Notes under the pieces: model-generated | What the model was told of the DNA's origin: nothing | Seen by the model: only the letters and a program-made list of their open reading frames with translations | The model's database searches: none | Assembly: GCA_937927665.1 (NCBI GenBank) | Contig: CALBRY010000216.1 | Coordinates: 1-42,601 of the forward strand | Reading direction: 5' to 3' | From: an uncultured Chloroflexota bacterium | Lineage (GTDB): Bacteria; Chloroflexota; Anaerolineae; Aggregatilineales; Phototrophicaceae | Length of the DNA stretch: 42,601 nt | In this document: in pieces, positions 1 through 9,910 of the stretch | How the letters are laid out: each line of letters begins with the position of its first letter | Position numbering within the stretch: the stretch's first letter is position 1 | Program-made: the position numbers and the translations under genes

Positions 1-32
1 CTGCCCCCGAATCGCTAAAACGTAACCGATTG

Positions 33-67
33 AAAAAAGACCTATCGAACGCCGGTAGGTCTTTTTT
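33..67. terminator. Bidirectional intrinsic terminator
   Basis: AAAAAAGACCTATCG-aacgc-CGGTAGGTCTTTTTT hairpin flanked by A and T tracts, 7 nt past the stop of the 75..599 gene. Confidence 0.8.
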
Positions 68-74
68 GATCAGG

Positions 75-599
75 TTACACTTGCAGGAGCGGCGGCAGTG
101 ATGCTGCCCATGTGCGAATCGCATTCCAATCGCGGTGATCGCCTTCGCTCCACATGCCGAATAGGATACTTAGACGGAAGCCAAAGCGCGCGGCACGCTG
201 CGGTATCTTTTTGAGATCGAGCGCCCCCGCAAAATACCCTTCGGCAGCGGGTTTCACCAATGCCCGTACGGGATCAAGAAATTTCGATACGTCCGCCTGC
301 TGCTTCCACTGCGCGTTCTTCATCGCCAATGTCATGCACACGAGGAACGCCGCAAACGGCTTTTGTCTCAAGGCGGCTTGATGAGTCTGGACGAATGCCA
401 CCGCTTCAGGAAGCCATGCACTGCTTTGTATCGCGCTTCCTGCTACAACCGCGCTGTAAGCCGAGAGATCATGAACCTCGCGCATTGGGCGCAAATCTGT
501 CTCAAAGCCGTGTTCGTTCAACGTTTTAGCGATTGCTTCTGCAACGCCCGGAGTAGAACCAGTGACGGTTGCATAGGTTACGAGGATTCTGTTTGACAT
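75..599 (-). CDS. Flavodoxin-domain protein (HemG/Flavodoxin_5-like)
   Basis: ILVTYATVTGST FMN-binding loop, AVVAGSAI, and C-terminal GDHRDWNAIRTWA typical of this family. Confidence 0.85.
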   Translation of the reverse strand: MSNRILVTYATVTGSTPGVAEAIAKTLNEHGFETDLRPMREVHDLSAYSAVVAGSAIQSSAWLPEAVAFVQTHQAALRQKPFAAFLVCMTLAMKNAQWKQQADVSKFLDPVRALVKPAAEGYFAGALDLKKIPQRAARFGFRLSILFGMWSEGDHRDWNAIRTWAASLPPLLQV

Positions 600-600
600 G

Positions 601-695
601 AGGCTGCTCTTTGGGGTAGATGAATCAAGACCTTCGTAAAAACCGGATCAACATCGTTCCGAATCTTACGAAGGTCTCATGTTTTGGAACAGCCT
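601..695. repeat. Nested inverted repeat (MITE/REP-like element or structured leader)
   Basis: Perfect 12-bp IR AGACCTTCGTAA (628-639)/TTACGAAGGTCT (666-677) inside an outer IR AGGCTGCTC (601-609)/GAACAGCCT (687-695). Confidence 0.6.
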
Positions 696-713
696 ACCCA
701 TTGGGGGAACAGA

Positions 714-2012
714 TTACGCGGCGGCGCGCAGTGTTCCGTCAGACCCAATTTCGTACAGCGTGTTATCTTTGCCGACGATGCGCGGACGCGTCACACCGTT
801 GATCACTTCACCATCAATGATCACGCGGGCGATGTCCATATGACCCGGCACTTCAAACATCACATCCAGCAGCCGACTTTCGATGATCGAGCGCAAACCG
901 CGCGCCCCTGTACCGCGCTTGAGGGCAATATCCGCCGCCGCACGCAGCGCCGATTCCTCAAACACCAGTTCGACATCATCCAAGCCGAGAAGCTGTTGAT
1001 ACTGCTTGACCAGCGCGTTTTTCGGCTCAACGAGGATTCGCAGCAGCGATTCGAGATCGAGCGGGTCAACCGTCACAAGTACGGGCAGACGACCGACGAA
1101 TTCCGGGATCAACCCGAAATGCATCAAATCCTCGGCGCTCACCTGACGTAGAAGCGCGGCGCGATCCTTGTTGCTAATCAGCGCGGCTTGTTCCGGCGTC
1201 TTGAAGCCAAGCGAGCCTTTCATGCCGATTCGCCGCCCGATATGATCCTCAATCCCCGCGAACGTTCCGCCCGCGATGAACAGGATATTCTGGGTGTTCA
1301 CCTGCAAAAATTCCTGATGCGGGTGTTTACGTCCACCTTGCGGCGGCACATTCGCCAGCGTTCCTTCGATAATTTTCAGGAGCGCCTGCTGAACCCCTTC
1401 ACCGCTCACATCACGGGTGATCGACGGGTTGTCGTTCGTCTTGCGCGAAATCTTGTCGATTTCGTCGATATAAACGATTCCCTTTTCAGCACGTGCAATA
1501 TCGCCATCAGCGGCTTGTACGAGGCGAAGCAGGATATTCTCCACATCTTCGCCCACATAACCCGCTTCGGTCAGCGATGTTGCATCCGCGATGCAGAACG
1601 GCACCTTCAGGGTACGCGCCAGCGTTTGCGCCAGCAGCGTCTTTCCGCTTCCGGTGGGTCCCACAATCAGGATATTGCTCTTATCAAGCTCTACGCCGTT
1701 TGCCACGCCGCCATGATGAATACGCTTGTAATGGTTGTAAACCGCCACGCTCAAAACGCGCTTGGCGTATTCCTGCCCCACGACGTACTCGTTCAAAGCT
1801 GCCATGATTTCGCGCGGCGGCGGCAGATCATCAAGCTCAAATTCCGGCTCGATATCCCGTTCGCCAACCTGCTCATCATATAGAATGCGCTGGCAAAGAT
1901 CGACGCAGTTATCGCAGATGAACACGCCATCCGGACCCGCAATCAGGCGATCAACCTCATTGTGGGTACGACGACAGAATGAACAGCGCTGCGTGGGAGG
2001 CGGGTAATTCAC
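714..2012 (-). CDS. clpX: ATP-dependent Clp protease ATP-binding subunit ClpX
   Basis: CSFC...CDNC zinc finger, GPTGSGKT Walker A, YIDEIDK Walker B, GYVG pore loop, RKHP, LGF loop. Confidence 0.98.
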   Translation of the reverse strand: MNYPPPTQRCSFCRRTHNEVDRLIAGPDGVFICDNCVDLCQRILYDEQVGERDIEPEFELDDLPPPREIMAALNEYVVGQEYAKRVLSVAVYNHYKRIHHGGVANGVELDKSNILIVGPTGSGKTLLAQTLARTLKVPFCIADATSLTEAGYVGEDVENILLRLVQAADGDIARAEKGIVYIDEIDKISRKTNDNPSITRDVSGEGVQQALLKIIEGTLANVPPQGGRKHPHQEFLQVNTQNILFIAGGTFAGIEDHIGRRIGMKGSLGFKTPEQAALISNKDRAALLRQVSAEDLMHFGLIPEFVGRLPVLVTVDPLDLESLLRILVEPKNALVKQYQQLLGLDDVELVFEESALRAAADIALKRGTGARGLRSIIESRLLDVMFEVPGHMDIARVIIDGEVINGVTRPRIVGKDNTLYEIGSDGTLRAAA

Positions 2013-2653
2013 TTGGCGACAGCTCCAGAAGCTGCGGCGGCGGCAGTGGCGGCGGTTGCTTTCGCGCCTTCCAAAACGGCGTCAATCAAGCCGTATTCGA
2101 CTGCCTGCTGCGCGCTGAGATACACGTCACGGTCGGTATCACGTTCGATCACATCACGCTCGCGCTTGGTGTGTTTGACCAGAATTTCGAGCAGGCGATC
2201 CTTCAGACGCATGATTTCGTTGGCAGCGATGACAATATCGCTCGCCTGACCCTGTGCGCCGCCGAGCGGTTGGTGCATATGCACCGTCGCATTCGGAAGC
2301 CCATAACGCAGTCCATCCGAGCCAGCGGTCAGCAGGACAGTGCCAAAGCTGGCGGTCAAGCCAACAGCAGTTGTGCTGATCGGCGCGCTGATCTGCTGCA
2401 TCGTGTCATAAATCGCCAAGCCCGCGTAAACAACGCCGCCCGGTGAATTGATAAACATCTGAATTTGACGCTCTTGATCTTCGCGCTGCAAGAAAAGAAG
2501 CTGCGCGACAATCAAATTGGCAATCTGATCATTGATCGGCGTGCCGAGCATCACGATACGTTCTTTAAGCAGCAGGGAATAAATGTCGTAGGCGCGTTCA
2601 CCCCGGCTGCCCTGCTCGATGACCATTGGGATAAGGCTGGTTGGATGCTGCAT
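2009..2653 (-). CDS. clpP: Clp protease proteolytic subunit ClpP
   Basis: [26 protein letters not shown] (catalytic Ser), MHQP; start set at ATG 2653, which has an AGGAG RBS. Confidence 0.97.
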   Translation of the reverse strand: MQHPTSLIPMVIEQGSRGERAYDIYSLLLKERIVMLGTPINDQIANLIVAQLLFLQREDQERQIQMFINSPGGVVYAGLAIYDTMQQISAPISTTAVGLTASFGTVLLTAGSDGLRYGLPNATVHMHQPLGGAQGQASDIVIAANEIMRLKDRLLEILVKHTKRERDVIERDTDRDVYLSAQQAVEYGLIDAVLEGAKATAATAAAAASGAVAK

Positions 2654-2660
2654 AAGCAAT

Positions 2661-4166
2661 TTATTCTCCTTGAACATCCGGTTGATCTGATGCTGCGGGT
2701 GCAGCGGCTTCCGAGCTTTCCTCGGCGGGCGTTTCCGCGACAGGCGCGGGCAGTTCAGGCGCTTCACCCTTGGCGATCACCACCACGCGATCCATCACCG
2801 TATTGGTGAGCAGATCATCAAGGAGGCTGGCGCGCATTTCAGGGCTTTGGAACAATTGACGGAATTGATCGCGCAAATTTTCGTCGTAGGACATCACGAC
2901 TTTTTCGATCTCTTCGTTCAAGCGTTCCTCGCTCACATCCACCTGTTCGGTGCGGAGCAGTTCGCGCAGCACGAGCGTTTGTTCCACACGGCGGATTGCC
3001 GCCGGACGGAACTGCTGATAGAGCATATTTCCGTCAATCTGCGCCAATTTGACATAGTCGCGCAGGGTCATCTGATTCTGCTGCTGAAGTTGTTGATCAA
3101 AGCGCTGGAGCGCCTGTTCAATTTCATCCCGTACGATATCTTCAGGATATTCCAACGTTGCGCCTTGAATCATCTGCTGGAGCGCTTCGTTCGCGTACTG
3201 GGATTTATAGCGGCGTTCGTTCGCTTCCACCAAATTCTGACGCGTCCGCACGCGCAGTTCGAGCAGAGTCAGCGGTTTTTCTTCAGTCGCCGTGATGCGT
3301 GCAGCCAACTCATCATTAAGCTGCGGCATGGTGAACTGCTCTACCTTCTTGATGGTGACTTCGAACTTAACCTTACGTCCGCGAAGTTCTGCGTCTTCTT
3401 CGGTTTCCGGGAAGCTGAGTTCAAATTCTTTGGTATCGCCCACGTTCATCCCGACCAATGTGTCATTGAAACCGGGGACGGGTTCATAATCCTCGTTGAG
3501 CAGGGTTTGGAAATCATGCTCATGGATGAAATGTTCCCCGTGGTGCGGATCGACACTTTCAAGATCGTGATCGTGTTCTTCGCCTTCTTCGTGATCATGA
3601 TCTTCTTCGTCGGCTTCGTCATCACCTTCTACGTGTTCATGTTCTTCCACGAAGAAACTGTGAATATCCATCGTCACGCGATTGCCGAGCGCGACCGGAA
3701 CAGAACTGTCCTCGATCACTGCCTGCTGTTCCTGAAGTTGGCGCAAGCTGCGGTCAACCGCCGCATCTTCGATTTCTGGCAGGGTGTACGGAATCCGCAC
3801 TTCGCGATATGCGCCTAATGAAACTTCAGGCTGAAGCGGCAGCACATAAACGAATGTCGGCGCGGGATCGTATTTGACTTCTTCAAATGCAACCGAACCG
3901 TACGGCTCAATTCCTGCATTCGGCAGTGCTTCTTTGTACACGTCCTCGACGAGCAGTTCGACCGCTTCTTCCTTGATCGCCTCCTCACCAACATACTTGA
4001 GGACAATGCGATACGGGGCTTTTCCCTTGCGGAAACCGGGAATGTTCAGCCGGTTGGAGAGCTTGCGCGCTGCCTGCTGCATTGCAGTTTCAAAGCGCGC
4101 GGCGTCCAGTTCGACACTCAGACGGGCAGTATGATTTTCTTGACGTTCAACTTGGAGTTTCAACAT
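2661..4166 (-). CDS. tig: Trigger factor with His/acid-rich insertion
   Basis: [10 protein letters not shown] ribosome-binding signature, FKBP-like [19 protein letters not shown], conserved tig-clpP-clpX order. Confidence 0.96.
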   Translation of the reverse strand: MLKLQVERQENHTARLSVELDAARFETAMQQAARKLSNRLNIPGFRKGKAPYRIVLKYVGEEAIKEEAVELLVEDVYKEALPNAGIEPYGSVAFEEVKYDPAPTFVYVLPLQPEVSLGAYREVRIPYTLPEIEDAAVDRSLRQLQEQQAVIEDSSVPVALGNRVTMDIHSFFVEEHEHVEGDDEADEEDHDHEEGEEHDHDLESVDPHHGEHFIHEHDFQTLLNEDYEPVPGFNDTLVGMNVGDTKEFELSFPETEEDAELRGRKVKFEVTIKKVEQFTMPQLNDELAARITATEEKPLTLLELRVRTRQNLVEANERRYKSQYANEALQQMIQGATLEYPEDIVRDEIEQALQRFDQQLQQQNQMTLRDYVKLAQIDGNMLYQQFRPAAIRRVEQTLVLRELLRTEQVDVSEERLNEEIEKVVMSYDENLRDQFRQLFQSPEMRASLLDDLLTNTVMDRVVVIAKGEAPELPAPVAETPAEESSEAAAPAASDQPDVQGE

Positions 4167-4281
4167 TGTACCCTTAGGGATGCTTGCGGTAAAAACGCAC
4201 TCTCCGCGCTAGATGCGCGATCAATGAGAACAGGAGTTCAATCGACAACCGTGTGGGAAGCACTGCGCGCGGACTCAATGA

Positions 4282-4363
4282 TGGGGAAGGAGAGACTCGA
4301 ACTCTCATGTCGTAAGACACATGATCCTAAGTCATGCGCGTCTACCAATTTCGCCACTCCCCC
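4282..4363 (-). tRNA. tRNA-Leu (TAG), CCA not encoded
   Basis: Reverse complement GGGGGAGTGGCGAAATTGGTAGACGCGCATGACTTAGGATCATGTGTCTTACGACATGAGAGTTCGAGTCTCTCCTTCCCCA folds to a cloverleaf with long variable arm, GTTCGA T-loop and TAG anticodon. Confidence 0.97.
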
Positions 4364-4377
4364 AAGCCTGCTTGTTC

Positions 4378-4406
4378 ATTATATGCGTGCAATATTCTGT
4401 TCACAA
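4378..4406 (-). promoter_or_regulatory. Sigma70-type promoter for tRNA-Leu (and possibly tig-clpPX)
   Basis: TTGTGA-17 nt-TATAAT on the minus strand, ending 14 nt before the tRNA. Confidence 0.7.
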
Positions 4407-4423
4407 GGGCAAAACACGCGCCA

Positions 4424-5023
4424 TCAGGTGAGGTCGATGCGCGAGATCTCTTCTACACCTTCTTCGCCTTGATTCACCCGTGCCAGCACCGCCGTGATGA
4501 TCAACTGCGCGAACTGAAACAGCCCCCGAAGCTGGGTAATGCGCGCGATATAATGCTCCGCCAATTCGCGATCTTCCGCGTTCATGGTGTCCATCTTCGC
4601 CTTCAGCAGGGCAACATTATCGGTCATCACATCGAGCGCGCGTCCAACATCGCGCATTTCGCGCCCTTTGAGAATGTTCGTGATAATCTGCCAGAAGTCG
4701 GTTTCGGCTTCGTAGTATTTGCGCCGCCCGCTGCTGCCCTTCACCCATACTTGACGCACCATCCCCAAATTTTCGAGCGTTCGCATGTTCATGCTCACGT
4801 TCGCTTTGGAAATATCCAACCGAACAACCAGATCATCCAGACACAGCGGTCCATCACTCAACAGCAGCGCGCCGTAAAGCTGCCCCATCACTTTGCTGAA
4901 GCCAAAATAGTCGAGAAGCTGCCCAAGACCATCCAGCATACTGTCGTGGACGGCGATCAGCGGATCGCGTTCGTGTTTGCCGTTCGGATTCACCACCATC
5001 GCCGCGCCTCGATTGCGCACCAT
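4424..5023 (-). CDS. GbsR/MarR-family transcriptional regulator
   Basis: FGFSKVMGQLYGALLLSDGPL..ISKANVSMNMRTL..RRKYYEAETDFW winged-helix pattern; start could be ATG 4999. Confidence 0.85.
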   Translation of the reverse strand: MVRNRGAAMVVNPNGKHERDPLIAVHDSMLDGLGQLLDYFGFSKVMGQLYGALLLSDGPLCLDDLVVRLDISKANVSMNMRTLENLGMVRQVWVKGSSGRRKYYEAETDFWQIITNILKGREMRDVGRALDVMTDNVALLKAKMDTMNAEDRELAEHYIARITQLRGLFQFAQLIITAVLARVNQGEEGVEEISRIDLT

Positions 5024-5050
5024 CCAATAAGCTTGATTGGGTTCATTCTA

Positions 5051-6283
5051 TCATTCATAACGGAGCGCATCAATCGGATTGAGCGCGGCGGCACGGTTTG
5101 CCGGATAAATACCGAAGAACAGCCCGATCGCGATCGATATTCCCGCCGCGAGTATGATGCTCCCGACTTCCGGCAGTACCGAAAGATCAGGCAGCGCGAC
5201 TGTCACGATGAGCGAACCGCCATACGCGATGGCGATCCCGATCAATCCCCCCACCAGCGATAACACCGTCGCTTCGATCAAAAACTGAATGACAATATCC
5301 TGACGTTGTGCGCCGCACGCCTTCCGTAAGCCGATCTCGCGGGTGCGTTCCGTCACCGTGACGAGCATGATATTCATGATGCCGATCCCGCCGACCAGCA
5401 GTGAAATTCCAGCGATGATCCCCAGAAAGATCGTCAGCAGCCCGGTGATTTGCCCCAACGAATCGAGCAGATCGGTCTGCGTGAAAATCTCAAAGGTATC
5501 TTCGTCGCGGAAACTGATCCCGCGCAGTTCGCGCAGTGTCTCGCGGATTTGGCGCGCCGCCGCATCGACACTATCACCATCCCGCGCCTGCACGAGCAAA
5601 CTCGAAATCGGGCGGTCGCCGGTCAGCACCCGTTCCCCTACCAAGCGCGTTTGCGCCGTCGTGATCGGCACGAAGATCAGATCGTTGTCATCACCGCCAA
5701 ATCCGCCGGTGCTGCCCGCCTCCGCCTGTACGCCGATCACGCGAAACGTGACGGTGCCAATGCGGATATTCTGCCCGACCGGGTAGACATCCGGGAAAAG
5801 TCGCTCGACCACCGTCAGACCGATCACCGCGACACGCGCCAACCCGTCCATCTCCGATTGATCGAAGAATCGCCCTGCTGCCATCGTCCGGCTTCGCATT
5901 TCCGGGAAGACTGGCGATACACCCCGAATCCGCCCCAGTGCTTCGCGTCCATTCGCGCTAATCGGCAGTGTCGAATTCAACTGCGGCATGACGTTGAGCG
6001 CATCCGGCACGCGTGCGAAATCCGCCAGCGCTTCCGCCTCATTCAACGTCAGCCGCACCGTTTCGCCGCGTTCGTTTTCGCCGTTGAACACGATGATCAA
6101 GTTTGTTCCCAAGCCGAGAAACTGATCGCGCACGAACGAATCGACCGCTTGACCGATCGACACCAGCACGATCACCGCCGATACCCCGATTGTGATACCG
6201 AGCATCGTCAGCGCCGAACGCAGTTTATTCGAGCGCAGCCCGATCAACGCCACGCGGACATTTTCCAGCACCGATGTGATCAT
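5051..6283 (-). CDS. MacB/FtsX-family ABC permease (copy 2)
   Basis: RSALTMLGITIGV, GGIGIMNIMLVTVTERTREIGLRKA, PANRAAALNPIDALRYE. Confidence 0.95.
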   Translation of the reverse strand: MITSVLENVRVALIGLRSNKLRSALTMLGITIGVSAVIVLVSIGQAVDSFVRDQFLGLGTNLIIVFNGENERGETVRLTLNEAEALADFARVPDALNVMPQLNSTLPISANGREALGRIRGVSPVFPEMRSRTMAAGRFFDQSEMDGLARVAVIGLTVVERLFPDVYPVGQNIRIGTVTFRVIGVQAEAGSTGGFGGDDNDLIFVPITTAQTRLVGERVLTGDRPISSLLVQARDGDSVDAAARQIRETLRELRGISFRDEDTFEIFTQTDLLDSLGQITGLLTIFLGIIAGISLLVGGIGIMNIMLVTVTERTREIGLRKACGAQRQDIVIQFLIEATVLSLVGGLIGIAIAYGGSLIVTVALPDLSVLPEVGSIILAAGISIAIGLFFGIYPANRAAALNPIDALRYE

Positions 6284-6286
6284 GGG

Positions 6287-7534
6287 CTATTCAAACCTCA
6301 ACGCATCGATCGGGCGCATACGGGCGGCGCGGCTGGCGGGATACAGCCCGAAAAACACGCCGATAAACGTACTCACCGCCGTCGCCAGAATGATCGAATC
6401 GACTGTGACACTCAGCGCGATATCTGAGCCTAATTGATTAATGATGAACGATCCCAGCAGTGTGAGACCGATCCCGAACGCGATTCCCATCGCGCCCCCT
6501 GCAACCGACAATACAAGGCTTTCGATCAAGAATTGACTGAGAATATCCGCGCCGCGCGCCCCAACTGCTTTCCGCAGTCCGATTTCGCGGGTGCGTTCGG
6601 TCACGCTCACCAGCATGATATTCATGATGCCGATCCCGCCAACCAGCAGCGAAATTCCGGCGATCAACCCTAAGAACACGGTCAAGATTCCTGTCACCGC
6701 GCCGAGTGAATTGAGCAAATCCGCCTGATTGATGATCGTGAAATCCTGCTCGCCTTGAAAAGCGATCTCATGCGCGTCACTGAGATAAGACTCGATTTCC
6801 AGCGTGGCGCGTTCCATCACATCTTCGCTGCGCGCTTGAATATGCAAAACCGAAATTTCATACCCGCCGTCACGCGCTCGAACACGATCAAGGCGCGTCT
6901 GTGCTGTCGTAATCGGAATAAACACGACTTCGTTTTCATCACCCAGAAAACCCGCCGCTTTTTCTTCCATCACGCCGATCACCGTAAACACGCGCTCGTT
7001 GATGCGGATCACTTCCCCGATCGGGTTCAGCGTTTTATCCCCGAACAACCGCTCAACGACTGTTGTGCCAAGCACCGCGACACGTCCTGCATCATCAACA
7101 TCGTATTGACTGATGAAACTGCCTTCGCGGATTGCCCATTGGCGCACATCGGTAAAATTCGGCGTTACACCGCTGACGGGCAGATTGACCGCTCGCGCTC
7201 CGGCTTCGACTGCGCCGAAAACATCATACTGCATCGCAACCTGCTGAATACTCGGCGCGACCATGGGATTAGCGAGTGACGCCCCCTCGCGGGTTGTGAT
7301 CGGCTGAATATCTGCCGCTGTGCCGTTCGCCGGAACCGACGAAAATACGAATAGGACATTCGAGCCGAGCGATTGAAACTCACCCGCGACGAAGTCTTCA
7401 ACGCCGCGCCCCAAGCTAACCAAGCCGATCACCGCGCCGACGCCGATGATGATCCCCAACGTGGTCAAGATCGAGCGCATGCGGTTGGTAAACAACCCAT
7501 TCAGCGCGATACGGAGATTTTCCATCACATTCAT
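6287..7534 (-). CDS. MacB/FtsX-family ABC permease (copy 1)
   Basis: RSILTTLGIIIGV, GGIGIMNIMLVSVTERTREIGLRKA, PIDALRFE; start trimmed to ATG 7534, downstream of the ATPase stop. Confidence 0.95.
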   Translation of the reverse strand: MNVMENLRIALNGLFTNRMRSILTTLGIIIGVGAVIGLVSLGRGVEDFVAGEFQSLGSNVLFVFSSVPANGTAADIQPITTREGASLANPMVAPSIQQVAMQYDVFGAVEAGARAVNLPVSGVTPNFTDVRQWAIREGSFISQYDVDDAGRVAVLGTTVVERLFGDKTLNPIGEVIRINERVFTVIGVMEEKAAGFLGDENEVVFIPITTAQTRLDRVRARDGGYEISVLHIQARSEDVMERATLEIESYLSDAHEIAFQGEQDFTIINQADLLNSLGAVTGILTVFLGLIAGISLLVGGIGIMNIMLVSVTERTREIGLRKAVGARGADILSQFLIESLVLSVAGGAMGIAFGIGLTLLGSFIINQLGSDIALSVTVDSIILATAVSTFIGVFFGLYPASRAARMRPIDALRFE

Positions 7535-7544
7535 CGTCACACGC

Positions 7545-8390
7545 CTAGTTGAATTCCTCTTGCTTGCCCGCCGCGTAGACTTCTTTGAGTATCGTTTCCA
7601 TTTCGTCCTCGGCGGATGGGCGCTCCGTATCTCCGGCAATCAACGGCGTGGCGACCGCCCGATCGGTGATCACCTTGCCGTCGCGCAAAATTACCACGCG
7701 GTTGGTATGCCGCGCGATCCATGAGTCATGCGTAACGAAAACGACAGTAATCCCCTGATCACGGTTGAGCCGCTGGAATATCTGCATTACTTCTGTGCCG
7801 CTGCGCGAGTCAAGGTTGCCCGTTGGCTCGTCGGCAAGAATCATGGCGGGTTCATTCACGAGCGCCCGCGCAATCGCTACGCGCTGCTGTTGACCGCCGG
7901 AAAGCTCACTCGGCAGGTGATCGAGCCGCTGCCCCAAACCGACCGACTCCAGCGCGGCTTTCGCCCGTTTGGTGCGACCGCTCACACCCGCGTAGATCAG
8001 CGGCAGTTCCACCTGACGCAGCGCCGTTGTCCGCTTGAGCAGGTTAAAGCTCTGGAACACAAACCCGATCTTCTTGTTCCGCACCCGTGCGAGTTCTGCC
8101 TCGCTCAAGCGGCTGACATTGACCCCATCAAGGAAATATTCTCCGCTCGTCGGTTGATCAAGCGCGCCGAGAATATTCATCAAGGTCGATTTGCCCGATC
8201 CCGATGGACCCATGATCGAGACAAATTCACCTTCGTAGATTTTCAGGTCAACGCCGCGCAGCGCGTGAACCTCGATATCACCCATTTTGTACATTTTGGT
8301 GATCTCGCGTATATCGATCACCAATTTCTTTTCCGGCGGCGCGTCAGCAGGGCGCGCGCTGGTTTTGCTTCTGCGAAACAAGTTCACCAT
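7545..8390 (-). CDS. MacB/LolD-type ABC ATP-binding protein
   Basis: [39 protein letters not shown]. Confidence 0.96.
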   Translation of the reverse strand: MVNLFRRSKTSARPADAPPEKKLVIDIREITKMYKMGDIEVHALRGVDLKIYEGEFVSIMGPSGSGKSTLMNILGALDQPTSGEYFLDGVNVSRLSEAELARVRNKKIGFVFQSFNLLKRTTALRQVELPLIYAGVSGRTKRAKAALESVGLGQRLDHLPSELSGGQQQRVAIARALVNEPAMILADEPTGNLDSRSGTEVMQIFQRLNRDQGITVVFVTHDSWIARHTNRVVILRDGKVITDRAVATPLIAGDTERPSAEDEMETILKEVYAAGKQEEFN

Positions 8391-8395
8391 GCGCT

Positions 8396-9907
8396 TTACC
8401 TCGGTGGACCATCCATGAAATCAAACTGCGCCCGTGGAATCAGCACGATCCGCTGACCTTCTTCGACACCGCTCATGATCTGGCTCTGCGTCGTGCTTCG
8501 CAGTCCCAATTCGACCGGAATTTCTTCAAACACGCCGGGGGTGCTTTCAATCGTCACAAATGATTGTCCATTTGTACGGTCGATGCGGATAAATCGGTTT
8601 GGCACGATTAGCACATCCGCCAACGAATCTACGATAATCGTCGCGGTTGCACTCATTCCAAACCGGATAGGCGCATCGGTTGCACTAAGTGCCACCCGTA
8701 CCGGATAAGTCACCAGCGTTCCGATGATCGTCGGCGTCACCGCGACCCGCGTTACAGTACCGGTAATCTCGGTATCCGGCAGCGCATCCACGCGAAAAAC
8801 AACCGGCAAATCAGGCACAAGATCGATCACATCCGTCTCATCGATCGCCAAATCAATATACGAGGCGCTGTCATCAACCAACAGCGCGGCGGCGTTCTGC
8901 GTAGGCGGAAGTTCACCGACGGTTAGGTTCAATTGAGCGATCACGCCGTCAAATGGCGCGGTCAACACAAAGCGATTTAACCCCGCTTCGACTTGTGCAA
9001 CCGCGAGACGCGCTTGTGCAATTCCCGCCTCAGCGATTTGCAGATCGGTATCGGATGCGCCGTTTAAGAGTCGATCAAGGGCGACTTGTGCCGCAACCAT
9101 CGCCGCCTGTGCTTGCCCAATTCCGGCAATATCCCCCGGATTTGAAGCGGCGGCGGCATAATTCGCGTCCGCAATATCGACGCCATACGAGGCTTGATTC
9201 AGCCCGGCATTAAAACTATCCGCACTGATACCCGGCTGTGACGGGAATAAGCCATTCAGCGCGGCGTTGATTTCGTCGATAATATCCTGCGAAACTTCTG
9301 AACCATCCGGCAGCAGCCCGCTCACGTCTAACCCGAATCCGCTCGGTGCGCTGACCGAAATATCACGCTGAAGCTGTGCCTGCCATAAGCGATTTCGAGC
9401 GATTTCCGCTTGTAAGCGTGCAATTTCGGCAGCAGTCTCCGCGCTTGAGCCGGAATACGCTGCATACGCGGATGCTTCCGCCGTATCGAGCGCCGCTTCT
9501 GCTGCCGCGAGATCGACATCACGCGGCGCGGCGGTGATTGCCTCAAACGAGATCGTCTGCAAATCAAGCGCAAGCCGTGCTTCTTCGATCAGGCTTTCCA
9601 GTTCGGTTGTATCCAATCGCGCAATCACGTCACCTGCCGCCACACGATCACCTTCCGCGACGAGGATTTCGGCGACAGCGCCGCTTGCTTCAAATAGGAG
9701 CGCCACTTGACGCGCCGGTATCACTGCCCCGGTTGCGCTGATCGTCACGCTTAAATCGCCGCGTGTGATGGTCGTTTCATCGAGAATTTCCGACTCCGCA
9801 TCCGGTACGACTTCGCTGGAGCGGTTCAAGATCAAAAGCGCGATCACCCCTATGATGATGGCAATCACCATCAGGTTGATGAACGCGCGGAATAGTCGTT
9901 TTAGCAT
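8396..9907 (-). CDS. Efflux adaptor (HlyD/MacA-like membrane fusion protein) 2
   Basis: N-terminal TM helix, lipoyl halves (ILVAEGDRVAAGDVIARLD; LTAPFDGVI), long coiled coil, GMSATATI..VPNRFI. Confidence 0.9.
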   Translation of the reverse strand: MLKRLFRAFINLMVIAIIIGVIALLILNRSSEVVPDAESEILDETTITRGDLSVTISATGAVIPARQVALLFEASGAVAEILVAEGDRVAAGDVIARLDTTELESLIEEARLALDLQTISFEAITAAPRDVDLAAAEAALDTAEASAYAAYSGSSAETAAEIARLQAEIARNRLWQAQLQRDISVSAPSGFGLDVSGLLPDGSEVSQDIIDEINAALNGLFPSQPGISADSFNAGLNQASYGVDIADANYAAAASNPGDIAGIGQAQAAMVAAQVALDRLLNGASDTDLQIAEAGIAQARLAVAQVEAGLNRFVLTAPFDGVIAQLNLTVGELPPTQNAAALLVDDSASYIDLAIDETDVIDLVPDLPVVFRVDALPDTEITGTVTRVAVTPTIIGTLVTYPVRVALSATDAPIRFGMSATATIIVDSLADVLIVPNRFIRIDRTNGQSFVTIESTPGVFEEIPVELGLRSTTQSQIMSGVEEGQRIVLIPRAQFDFMDGPPR

Positions 9908-9910
9908 CTA

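Noticed and set aside
4282-4363. tRNA-Leu as an integration site
   Set aside because: No integrase, no duplicated tRNA 3' end seen, and the tRNA-tig-clpPX synteny is intact
4389-4406. Rex half-site TTGTGAA upstream of the tRNA
   Set aside because: The second half does not match; better explained as the -35 element
5340-6665. Near-identical DNA stretch at about 5365-5415 and 6612-6665
   Set aside because: It is the conserved GGIGIMNIML motif of two paralogous permeases, not a mobile repeat
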